A DNA stretch of 64,000 nt, taken from assembly GCA_963841915.1 (NCBI GenBank), contig CAWJEN010000005.1, positions 1,120,001-1,184,000 on the forward strand, written 5' to 3'. Numbering within the stretch: position 1 is the first letter of the stretch; the number at the start of each line of letters is the position of its first letter. Below the pieces are notes generated by a model. The model saw only the letters and a program-made list of their open reading frames with translations. It was not told where the DNA came from and did not search any database. The stretch comes from an uncultured Planctomycetota bacterium. Lineage in GTDB: Bacteria > Planctomycetota > Phycisphaerae > Tepidisphaerales > Tepidisphaeraceae. Below are positions 55,760-64,000 of the stretch, piece by piece. The translations under genes were made by a program, and so were the position numbers.

Positions 55760-56365
55760 ATGACGCTCGCACCGCCACAGCACGAAGCAGGCCCGGAGAG
55801 TGTTCGCCAGAACGCGATCCGCAACGGCTGGTTGACGGCGGAGGAATTTCAGGCTCTGCCTGTGCCGCCTGGAGCTGGGAAACGGGAGCTCCTCGACGGT
55901 GAAGTAAGTTCCATGCCTCCACCTGGATTTGGGCACGGGTCGCGACAGGTTCGTCTGAGCCGGCGTCTACTAGATCACGCCGAACATCATGACCTAGGCG
56001 AGGTGGTGGTGGAGACCGGCTTCATCCTCGCGCGATCACCGGACATCGTGCGACTGCCGGACGTGGCTTTCGTTCAGAAGGCAAGGCTTCCAAGCGACGG
56101 GCAGAGCGAGCTGTACTTTGACGGACCGCCAGACTTGGCCGTGGAGGTAACTTCGCCGTCTGAGACAAGTGAGCGAATCGATGCCAAGGTGGACGAGTAC
56201 CTGTCCTTTGGCACCCGACTCGTCTGGGTCGTCAACCAGCGTCGCCAGAACGTCGTCGTCTACCGCCTCGGCATCCCACCGCTGACGCTCGGCATCGTCG
56301 ACACGCTTGAAGGTGGTGAGGTTCTGCCACGATTCGCGGTGAAGGTTGCTGAGATCATGGAGTAG
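55760..56365 (+). CDS. Uma2 (DUF820) family endonuclease
   Basis: ELLDGEV..MPPP..H, PDVAFV, PDLAVEVTSPS, K..EYL..G..LVWVV. Confidence 0.9.
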   Translation: MTLAPPQHEAGPESVRQNAIRNGWLTAEEFQALPVPPGAGKRELLDGEVSSMPPPGFGHGSRQVRLSRRLLDHAEHHDLGEVVVETGFILARSPDIVRLPDVAFVQKARLPSDGQSELYFDGPPDLAVEVTSPSETSERIDAKVDEYLSFGTRLVWVVNQRRQNVVVYRLGIPPLTLGIVDTLEGGEVLPRFAVKVAEIME

Positions 56366-56416
56366 CGGTTCCCGCCCCAAGCGTTCGGCCGCGTCGGCCG
56401 ATACGTGGGGTGGAAG

Positions 56417-56938
56417 ATGCGATTAGCCGTCCCTGACAACACCACTACGCCGCCGCTGAAGATCGGTGAGCTTCTTGTCCAGCAAGGGGCCATCACGGCC
56501 GAACAGTTGGCCCACGCACTCGACGTGCAGGCGGCCATCGGCAGGCCGCTCGGTGACCTGTGCGAGAGACTTTTTGACCTCGACCCGCAGGCGGCGGACA
56601 CGGCATGGGCGGAGCAATTTGCGACGAGTCAGTTGCCCCGCGACATTTCAGACGAGGTCGTCGACAGCCGGTGTGTCGGCATGCTGCGGCCACGCCAAGC
56701 CTGGCAGTTCCGCCTGATGCCCTTGCGATTCGAAGCTTTACCGGCAGACCACGTGACACCGCGGCACCTTGTGCTGGCGACGACATCGGACGGCCTGCGG
56801 CGGGCGATGAACTTTGCGGCTCGTTCATTCACGGTCCCGCCCAGTTTGATCGTGGCGACGCCTGCGTCGCTGCGGGCGGTGCTGGCGGTATATTATCCGG
56901 TTTCGTCCGATCTTGCCGATCGTGCGTTTGCTCGGTGA
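56417..56938 (+). CDS. Stand-alone MshEN / GspE N-terminal domain protein
   Basis: KIGELLVQQGAITAEQLAHALDVQ..GRPLGDL, then AWQFRLMPL..LVLA; no ATPase domain. Confidence 0.7.
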   Translation: MRLAVPDNTTTPPLKIGELLVQQGAITAEQLAHALDVQAAIGRPLGDLCERLFDLDPQAADTAWAEQFATSQLPRDISDEVVDSRCVGMLRPRQAWQFRLMPLRFEALPADHVTPRHLVLATTSDGLRRAMNFAARSFTVPPSLIVATPASLRAVLAVYYPVSSDLADRAFAR

Positions 56939-57064
56939 GGTTCAGGCCGTCGAACGGGCCTAATCAGGTCTGTCGGCGTTGCAGCAAAAGCGGCTTCGGT
57001 TTAGGTTCGGCAGCAACTGCCGCCGTTCATGGTGGCTTCCACGCGAACCTGCCGGAGACCGAAG

Positions 57065-60000
57065 ATGCCCAGCCGTACCCGTCCGTCGACCCTTGAGGCG
57101 CTCGAATCGCGCCGCCTGCTAGCTGCTGACATCGGGACTGAGGCGGTCGGCCTGACGGGGAGCGACGTCCGTCGCATTCTCAACGACGCCACGGCCCAGG
57201 TGGTCGCGAGTGTCGATGCAGCGCCGTACTGGGTCGACGAGGCCGACCCGGAGCCGACGCTCGGCCGGGGCGTGGACAATCGCATCCACGCGGTTGCGAT
57301 GAACGGCGTCAGGCTGAACCGTCAGGCGCTCATCGACAGCCTTGCAGACGCTCCGGCCGAGTCGCCCGGCGGGGCACGGCCTGCAGATTTGTTGAGTCTG
57401 CCGACGTTGTACGTCCCGACGCCCGACGGCAGCTTCCAACGTTTTGCCGTACAGAGCACGACAATTCTGTCACCCGATCTGGCTGCAAAGTACCCCGACA
57501 TCAGGACTTTCCGCGGCTGGGGCATCGACGACCCGGCGGCTATCGCGCAGTTTGACCACACGCAGCAGGGCTTCCACGCTCAGGTGCTGTCGCCGAGCGG
57601 AGCGTACATGGTCGACCCGTACGAGCACATGCAGGCCGACGGCACGTACGTCAGCTACTTCCGCCAGCACGCCGTTCGCGTGCCCGGCGAGGGTGACGGG
57701 CACGACGTCGTGTTGGGCGAGGAAGCTGACCACGACCACGACCACGACGAGGACGATCACCATCACGATGAGTTCATCGTGGCAGGCCCGGCAGAAACGT
57801 CGACGAGCAACATCCGCCGAAACTACCGGGCGGCCATCGCGACAACGGGCGAGTATGCACAGTTTCACGGCGGCACCGTCGCCAGTGCCTTGTCGGCCAT
57901 TGCCACCACGCTCGCACGCGTCGACGGCGTGTACGAGCGTGACCTCAACATCAGCTTCACGCTGGTGCCGAACAACGATCAGATCGTTTTCACCAACGCC
58001 GGCAGCGATCCGTACAACAATTCTGACACGTTCCAGCAGATCAACGCGAACCAGGGTGTGATTGACGGCGCGATCGGTAACGCCAACTACGACATCGGGC
58101 ACGTCTTCAGCACTGCAAGCGGCGGGCTGGCGAGCCTCGGCGTCGTCGGCGAGACCGGTGCCAAGGCGCGCGGCGTCACCGGCATCAGTTCGCCCATTGG
58201 TGACCCGTTCGACATCGACTACGTCGCCCACGAGTTCGGTCACCAATTCGGTGGTAGCCACACGTTCAACGGCGTCAACGGCTCATGTTCGGGCGGAAAT
58301 CGCTCCAACAACAACGCCTACGAGCCCGGCAGCGGCTCGACTATTCAGGCGTACGCCGGCATCTGCGGGGCCGACAACCTGCAAAGCAACAGCGACCCCT
58401 ACTTCCACGCCCGATCGATCTTCCAGATCAACACATACACGGCGAGCGGCGTCGGTTCGGGCTTTAACAATACCAACACCGGCAACAACGCGCCGACGGT
58501 CAATGCCGGCGTCGGCATGACGATTCCGGCGCGGACGCCGTTCGAGATCGTCGCCAGCGGCGGAGACATCGACGGCGATGCGGTCACGTTCACTTTCGAG
58601 CAATACGACCTCGGCGACGCCGAAGCCCTGGGTGCACCAGACGACGGCAACGGTCCGCTCTTCCGTTCACGCATGGGCACGACCAGCAATGTTCGCTCGT
58701 TTCCCGAACTGGCAGACATTCTGGCCGGTCGCGAGGATGCCGACGAGATTCTGCCCAAGGTCAGCCGCAACGGCAACGACCTGCTGAGCATCCGCGTTAC
58801 CGCACGTGACGGCGTGGGTGGCGTGCAGGACAGCCAGGTCAACCACGCCGTCATCAACACCGGCAGCGCGTTCGAAGTCACGACTGCCAACTCGCCAGGC
58901 ACGACATGGGGCACCGGCTCGACACAAACCGTCAGCTGGAACGTCGCCGGCACGACCGCCAACGGCATCAACACGGCCGACGTCGACATCTTCCTCAGCT
59001 ACGACAACGGCCAGACGTTCACGCTGGTCGCCAACGACACGCCCAATGACGGCTCGGCGAGCATCACCATTCCGGCAAGCGCCCCGACCACCTCGACGGC
59101 TCGCGTCAAGATCAAGGGCGCGGGCAACATCTTCTTCGACATCAACAACGCCCCGATTGCAATCGAGGCCACCGGCCCGGTCGTGCCGAACGGGCTACCG
59201 GCGACGTTGACGTTGGCCGATGACGGGGCAATTTACGCCGGCCCGGGCGGCGACTTTGCCGACGCCGACTTCGAGCTCGATCCGTTCACGGCTTCGCCGG
59301 ACCTGACGACGACGAGCGACGTCGACAGCTATGTCTTTGCCGTTGATCAGCAAGGCACGTACACCTTCACCGCCAGCGACGTGGCCGGTGGCGGAACGGT
59401 CTTCCCGATCCTGGCCGTCTACGACGCAGACACGGGAATGCCCATCGCGACGTCATCCGATGGCACGGGTACGACCAACAGCGTCGACGTCTTCCTGACC
59501 GTCTGGCAGCGTGTCATCGTTGCCGTTGCCGATGAGGGCAACGTCGCGGCCGGCGACATCACGCTCGATGTGGAGGGCCCGGGCCAACCGGTCACCTTCC
59601 TCAGCCTCGACGCCGCCGGTGATCGCGTATTCAACTCGACGATAGACGACCGTGCCGACAGCGACTTCTACGCCTTCACGCTTCCGTCAAACAGCAACGG
59701 CAGCGGGACTATTGCCGTCAGCACCATCTCCAGTGACACCGTGCTGTCGTTGTACGACAGCAGTAACAATCTCATCGCCTTTGACGATCAGCTCGGCACA
59801 ACGGGGCAGGAGGTGATCAACTTCACCGGCCTGACACCGGGGGCCGTCTACCGCGTTCGCGTGGGTACCTTCCAGTACGGCAGCAGCGTATCGGCTTACA
59901 CGCTGACGATCAACGCTGATGTACCTGTCGCTCCGCCCGCGCCGTCGGCTCCCATGCTGCAGGCAATCGCTGACACCGGCGTTTCGAACAGTGACGGCAT

Positions 60001-60799
60001 CACGATGACGAATGACAACCTGCCGTTCAGCGTCATGGCCGCCCAAGGGCAGTTTGTCCAGCTCTACCGCGATGGCCTGCCGGTCGGCGACCTGACCCAG
60101 GTTACCGATGTCTCTGGCAACGTCACCGTCGCCGATCCGACCGGACCGCTCGCCGACGGCAGCTACGTCTACACGGCAACCGCCATCTCTTCGCCCGGCG
60201 GACCCGAATCACCCGCCAGTGGCGGCAGCACCGTCGTCATCGACACCGTCGGCCCGACGCAGTCGAACTTCAACTTCATCTTCGACAGCGGCCCGATCGA
60301 TCAGCGCTTCTTCGTCGATTTCGATGAACTTGGAGCCGATCTGGACGTGACCGACATCGTCGTCACCAACACGACGACCGGGCAGGTCGTCACCGGCTTC
60401 CGGCTCGACCCGATCTCCGGCGGGCAAAACGACCTCATTTATGACCCGACGGCTGGGGCCGACTTCCTGCCGAACGGCGTCTACGAGGTGACCGTTGCCA
60501 CCGGCACGTTCAGCGACGCCGCCGGGAACGGCAACAGCGCGTTCCTCGGCAGCGACTTCTTCCTCAACGGTGACGCCAACCGTGACGGCACGGTGTCGAT
60601 CCTCGACTTTGCCATCCTGCGGGCCAACTTCGGCTCCAGTACCAATCCAAGGTTCTCCACGGCTGACTTCAACTACGACGGGACGGTGTCGATCTTGGAC
60701 TTCGCGATCCTGCGGAGTAACTTCGGCCAGTCGCTCGCCTCGCGGCCGGCATCCATCTTTGCAGAGGATGATCAACAGGACGTGCTGGCTCGCCGTTGA
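57065..60799 (+). CDS. Secreted reprolysin-like (M12B) zinc metalloprotease with LESRRLL leader, PPC/Ig-like domains and dockerin-like tail
   Basis: LEALESRRLLA; AHEFGHQFGGSHTF; EPGSGSTIQAYAG; GNIFFDI; GDANRDGTVSILDF. Confidence 0.92.
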   Translation: MPSRTRPSTLEALESRRLLAADIGTEAVGLTGSDVRRILNDATAQVVASVDAAPYWVDEADPEPTLGRGVDNRIHAVAMNGVRLNRQALIDSLADAPAESPGGARPADLLSLPTLYVPTPDGSFQRFAVQSTTILSPDLAAKYPDIRTFRGWGIDDPAAIAQFDHTQQGFHAQVLSPSGAYMVDPYEHMQADGTYVSYFRQHAVRVPGEGDGHDVVLGEEADHDHDHDEDDHHHDEFIVAGPAETSTSNIRRNYRAAIATTGEYAQFHGGTVASALSAIATTLARVDGVYERDLNISFTLVPNNDQIVFTNAGSDPYNNSDTFQQINANQGVIDGAIGNANYDIGHVFSTASGGLASLGVVGETGAKARGVTGISSPIGDPFDIDYVAHEFGHQFGGSHTFNGVNGSCSGGNRSNNNAYEPGSGSTIQAYAGICGADNLQSNSDPYFHARSIFQINTYTASGVGSGFNNTNTGNNAPTVNAGVGMTIPARTPFEIVASGGDIDGDAVTFTFEQYDLGDAEALGAPDDGNGPLFRSRMGTTSNVRSFPELADILAGREDADEILPKVSRNGNDLLSIRVTARDGVGGVQDSQVNHAVINTGSAFEVTTANSPGTTWGTGSTQTVSWNVAGTTANGINTADVDIFLSYDNGQTFTLVANDTPNDGSASITIPASAPTTSTARVKIKGAGNIFFDINNAPIAIEATGPVVPNGLPATLTLADDGAIYAGPGGDFADADFELDPFTASPDLTTTSDVDSYVFAVDQQGTYTFTASDVAGGGTVFPILAVYDADTGMPIATSSDGTGTTNSVDVFLTVWQRVIVAVADEGNVAAGDITLDVEGPGQPVTFLSLDAAGDRVFNSTIDDRADSDFYAFTLPSNSNGSGTIAVSTISSDTVLSLYDSSNNLIAFDDQLGTTGQEVINFTGLTPGAVYRVRVGTFQYGSSVSAYTLTINADVPVAPPAPSAPMLQAIADTGVSNSDGITMTNDNLPFSVMAAQGQFVQLYRDGLPVGDLTQVTDVSGNVTVADPTGPLADGSYVYTATAISSPGGPESPASGGSTVVIDTVGPTQSNFNFIFDSGPIDQRFFVDFDELGADLDVTDIVVTNTTTGQVVTGFRLDPISGGQNDLIYDPTAGADFLPNGVYEVTVATGTFSDAAGNGNSAFLGSDFFLNGDANRDGTVSILDFAILRANFGSSTNPRFSTADFNYDGTVSILDFAILRSNFGQSLASRPASIFAEDDQQDVLARR

Positions 60800-60866
60800 C
60801 GCGGCGGCCGCTTCATCCGATCAGTCGGCACGACCGGCGAAACACCACCTCGTTCAACAGCACGAC

Positions 60867-60897
60867 CGCCCGGCCGCCTCTTCCGGCCGGGCGATTT
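60867..60897 (+). terminator. Hairpin between the tandem protease genes
   Basis: CGCCCGGCCG-CCTCTTC-CGGCCGGGCG then ATTT (weak U tract). Confidence 0.45.
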
Positions 60898-60967
60898 CCG
60901 TTCATAATGCTGGAGCTCTTTCAGGCATGCCGCAACTGGTACGAACCGGTGAACGAACCCCGACCGC

Positions 60968-63900
60968 ATGAAACGCGTTAAGTCTCTGATGTCACTGCCC
61001 AAGACCCGCCGTCCCACCCTGGAGTCGCTGGAGACTCGCCGCCTCCTGACGGCCGCCGTCATGGGTCCGGCTTACGACGCCCTTACCGCCGACGCGACCG
61101 ACCTGCTCGTGGCCGAAACTCGACGGGTGCAGGGTGTTTCAGACGCCCTTGCCGAGTTGCAGATCGCGTCGATCGATGTGTCGGCGCCGTCGAGCGACTT
61201 GACGCTGAACGACGTCGACTACTGGTCGACCGTCTCCCGTGTGGGCGACGTCACGCCGACGATCGAAGCGGTGACGTTCGAGACCGCATCGCTCAGCGAA
61301 AGCAGGCTGCGATCTGCCTTGGCCGACGCGCCGAACGACGTCGTCGACTTCAACGGCGGCGTCTTGAGCAGCCTGCCTGTGCTGGCCTTGCCTTCACCGG
61401 ACGGCGGCCTGGCTCGTTTCGCAGTCGAGCGGTACGAGCTGCTCGCCCCCGAGGTCGCCATCCAGATGCCGGCGTTCGACTCGTTCAGGCTGTACGGCCT
61501 GGACGACCTTGGCGCGGTCGGCACGGCGACACTGACGTCTAGCGGTTTCAGCAGCTTCATCGCCGGCACGCAAGGTGATTGGCAGGTTGAGCCGGTCGAG
61601 GCCTTCGCGGGTCGGGCCGACTATGCGAGCTTCTTCTCGGCCCACCAGGCCGGTCCCAACGGCAAAGACGGCGGCCACCCGCCCGGTTGCTTCTGCGCCG
61701 CCTGCCTGGCGGGGACGGACGGTGTCGAGGCTGCTGCCCCGACAATTGATGGTCCGGCAGAGGCGTTCACATTCGGTCAGACGCGTCGCACCTTCGAGCT
61801 CGCCATCGGCACGACTGCCGAGTGGACCAGCTCTGCCGGTGGCACACAGCAGAACGCGTTCAACACAGCGGTCAGCCGCGTCAACACGCTCAACGCCATC
61901 TATCGGCGGGATTTCAATGTCGAGCTGCAGGTCGTCAGTGACCTCCGCACGATTTACACCAACGCCAACACGGACCCCTACACGGACAACAACATCAGCG
62001 CGATGATGGGTCAGAACCAGTCTGTGATGGACTCGGTCTACGGCTTTGCCAACTACGACGTGGGACACGCCTTTAGCGCCAACGGCGGTGGTGGTGTCGT
62101 GTCGGGTCGCGTCGGCAACAACTTCAACAAAGGCCGCGGCGTGACTGGCGTGCCGGCGTTCAGCTCGTTCTTCATGCCGGTCTTCCTCCACGAAGTCGGC
62201 CACCAGTTCAATGCCGCTCATACGTGGAACACGACCCGCATCGCCTCGCTCGACGCCGACCAGCGGGCGCCGTTCAGCGCGTACGAGCCCGGCCCCGGCT
62301 CGACGATCATGAGCTACGGCGACAACGGCTATCAAGGCTCGTTCGTCAACCAGATCGGCCTCTACTTCCACAACCACAGCATCCAGCAGGTCAGCGATTA
62401 TCTGCAGACCTTCACCGCCAGCAACGCCGCCGACACGTCGCCCACGGGCAATGTCGCTCCGACCGTCGACGCGCCTAACGGCGTCAAGTTCATCCCAACC
62501 AACACGCCCTTCGAGCTGACAGCCGTCGGTAGCGATGATCAAACGCTCACCTACACCTGGGAGCAGTACGACCTCGGCGACGCCGACCCGATTGGTGTCG
62601 ACGACGGTGACGGCCCGCTGTTCCGGTCGCGCGACCCGAGCACGAACCCGACCCGCATGTTCCCGGAGCTGGCCGACATCTTGGCCAATCGCTCTGATGC
62701 CGACGAGCGTCTGCCGCAGGTGAATCGCACGAATGACCTGCTGAGCTTCCGTGTCACCGCACGTGACGGGCTGGGCGGCGTCAGTGATGATGAAGTGGCC
62801 ATCGGCGTGTTCGACACCGGCTCTGCCTTTGCCATCACGTCGCAGAACAACGCCACGAACTGGGTGCCGAACCAGCCGCAAACGGTCACCTGGAACGTCG
62901 CCAACACGGACAACGTCAACTTCGACGCGGTCAACGTCGACGTGTTCCTGAGCCTCGACAACGGCCAGACGTTCTCGCTTGTTGGTGACAACACGCCCAA
63001 TGACGGCTCGTTCACCTTCACCGTGCCCAACGCGCCAGACGGCACGACGGCTCGCGTGAAGGTCAAGGCGGCCAACAACTACTTCTTTGACATCAACAAC
63101 GCGCCGATCACGATCGACTCGAACGTGACGGTCCCCAACGGCCTGCCCGCGACGCTTATCGCCGCCGCGGACGGTACCGCGTATCTCGGCGCCGACGGCG
63201 ACATCGACGACAACGAATTCGCCCTGTACCCCGGCACGCAGACGCCGAACCTCGCCAATGGCAGCGACATTGACAGCTACATCGTAGCCGGTGACGAAGC
63301 GGGTGTCTACACATTTACCGCGACGCCGCAGGGCACGTCCTTCATCTTCCCGGTGCTTGCGGTGTACGACGCGACGACGGGTGCAGCGCTGGCCGGTCAG
63401 GGCTACGCCAATGGCAGCGATACGACGATCTCGATCAACCTCGCCGCCGGTCAACGTGTCATCGTCGCCACGGCTGATCAGGGCAACAGCATCGGCGGTA
63501 ACGTCGAGTTGACGATCGACGGCCCATCAGTCGCCGTCGTCACGCCGATCACTCTCGATGCCAACGGCAATGCCACCCTAAACGGCACCGGCCTTACCAC
63601 GCTCAGCGACGGCGGTGACAGCGACTACTACAGCTTCACCGTCCCGGCCGACAGCAGCGGCAACGGTGAAGTTGACCTCGCCATCGGCGGTGTCGATGCG
63701 ATCCTGAGCCTCTATGACGCCAACGACAATCTGCTCGCCGTCGCAGATGCGGGTGGCGTCGGTGCGGTCGAGACGATCGACAGCGGCTTCGTCGCGGGTC
63801 AGACGTACCGGCTTCGCGTGGGTGCGGCCGACTACGTCGGCAGCGGTGACTACGTTCTGTCGCTGAACTTCGGTAGCGGCGTGGTGATTCCCGACGCGCC

Positions 63901-64000
63901 CGGCACGCCGATGCTCGCCGCCGTCGACGACACCGGCACCGTCGGCGATGCCGTCACGAGCGTCAACAACGATCTCGAATTCGCCATCAGCTCACCGACC
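60968..64000 (+). CDS. Second reprolysin-like (M12B) metalloprotease, tandem paralog, running off the window (missing from the ORF track)
   Basis: ATG at 60968 or 60989; LESLETRRLL; HEVGHQFNAAH at 62189 in the same frame; EPGPGSTIMSYG; WEQYDLGDA, GPLFRS and NYFFDINNAP blocks shared with 57065..60799. Confidence 0.9.
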   Translation, partial: MKRVKSLMSLPKTRRPTLESLETRRLLTAAVMGPAYDALTADATDLLVAETRRVQGVSDALAELQIASIDVSAPSSDLTLNDVDYWSTVSRVGDVTPTIEAVTFETASLSESRLRSALADAPNDVVDFNGGVLSSLPVLALPSPDGGLARFAVERYELLAPEVAIQMPAFDSFRLYGLDDLGAVGTATLTSSGFSSFIAGTQGDWQVEPVEAFAGRADYASFFSAHQAGPNGKDGGHPPGCFCAACLAGTDGVEAAAPTIDGPAEAFTFGQTRRTFELAIGTTAEWTSSAGGTQQNAFNTAVSRVNTLNAIYRRDFNVELQVVSDLRTIYTNANTDPYTDNNISAMMGQNQSVMDSVYGFANYDVGHAFSANGGGGVVSGRVGNNFNKGRGVTGVPAFSSFFMPVFLHEVGHQFNAAHTWNTTRIASLDADQRAPFSAYEPGPGSTIMSYGDNGYQGSFVNQIGLYFHNHSIQQVSDYLQTFTASNAADTSPTGNVAPTVDAPNGVKFIPTNTPFELTAVGSDDQTLTYTWEQYDLGDADPIGVDDGDGPLFRSRDPSTNPTRMFPELADILANRSDADERLPQVNRTNDLLSFRVTARDGLGGVSDDEVAIGVFDTGSAFAITSQNNATNWVPNQPQTVTWNVANTDNVNFDAVNVDVFLSLDNGQTFSLVGDNTPNDGSFTFTVPNAPDGTTARVKVKAANNYFFDINNAPITIDSNVTVPNGLPATLIAAADGTAYLGADGDIDDNEFALYPGTQTPNLANGSDIDSYIVAGDEAGVYTFTATPQGTSFIFPVLAVYDATTGAALAGQGYANGSDTTISINLAAGQRVIVATADQGNSIGGNVELTIDGPSVAVVTPITLDANGNATLNGTGLTTLSDGGDSDYYSFTVPADSSGNGEVDLAIGGVDAILSLYDANDNLLAVADAGGVGAVETIDSGFVAGQTYRLRVGAADYVGSGDYVLSLNFGSGVVIPDAPGTPMLAAVDDTGTVGDAVTSVNNDLEFAISSPT

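Noticed and set aside
55760..56365. Uma2 nuclease as part of a defence system
   Set aside because: Uma2 genes are abundant solitary paralogs in planctomycetes; no partner genes here

Overview
High-GC bacterial chromosomal DNA, very probably a planctomycete (Phycisphaerae-like), judged from LESRRLL-type N-termini, dockerin-like tails, DUF2617 and the DUF4175-like/prenyltransferase/NPCBM trio. Most of the window is housekeeping (polA, xseA, guaB, ychF, ileS, rnr, lepA, tRNA-Met) plus large secreted proteins, a secretin/TPR/HD-GYP cluster and a porin-amt nitrogen locus whose amt gene carries three clustered indels. Five copies of the parS palindrome GTTCCACGTGGAAC suggest an origin-proximal region. 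The most unusual part is the first 20 kb: two paralogous, uncharacterised GNAT-fold genes each lie downstream of a restriction-type nuclease gene (an MmeI-like type IIL RM enzyme; a lower-GC DUF4268-type nuclease), a decayed third GNAT copy precedes the RM gene, and the spacers hold 21-bp degenerate arrays and probable gene remnants. This looks like a recurrent GNAT-anchored defence module or hotspot (inference). No CRISPR array, rRNA, integrase or transposase was seen. All family calls are by motif recognition; no searches were run.
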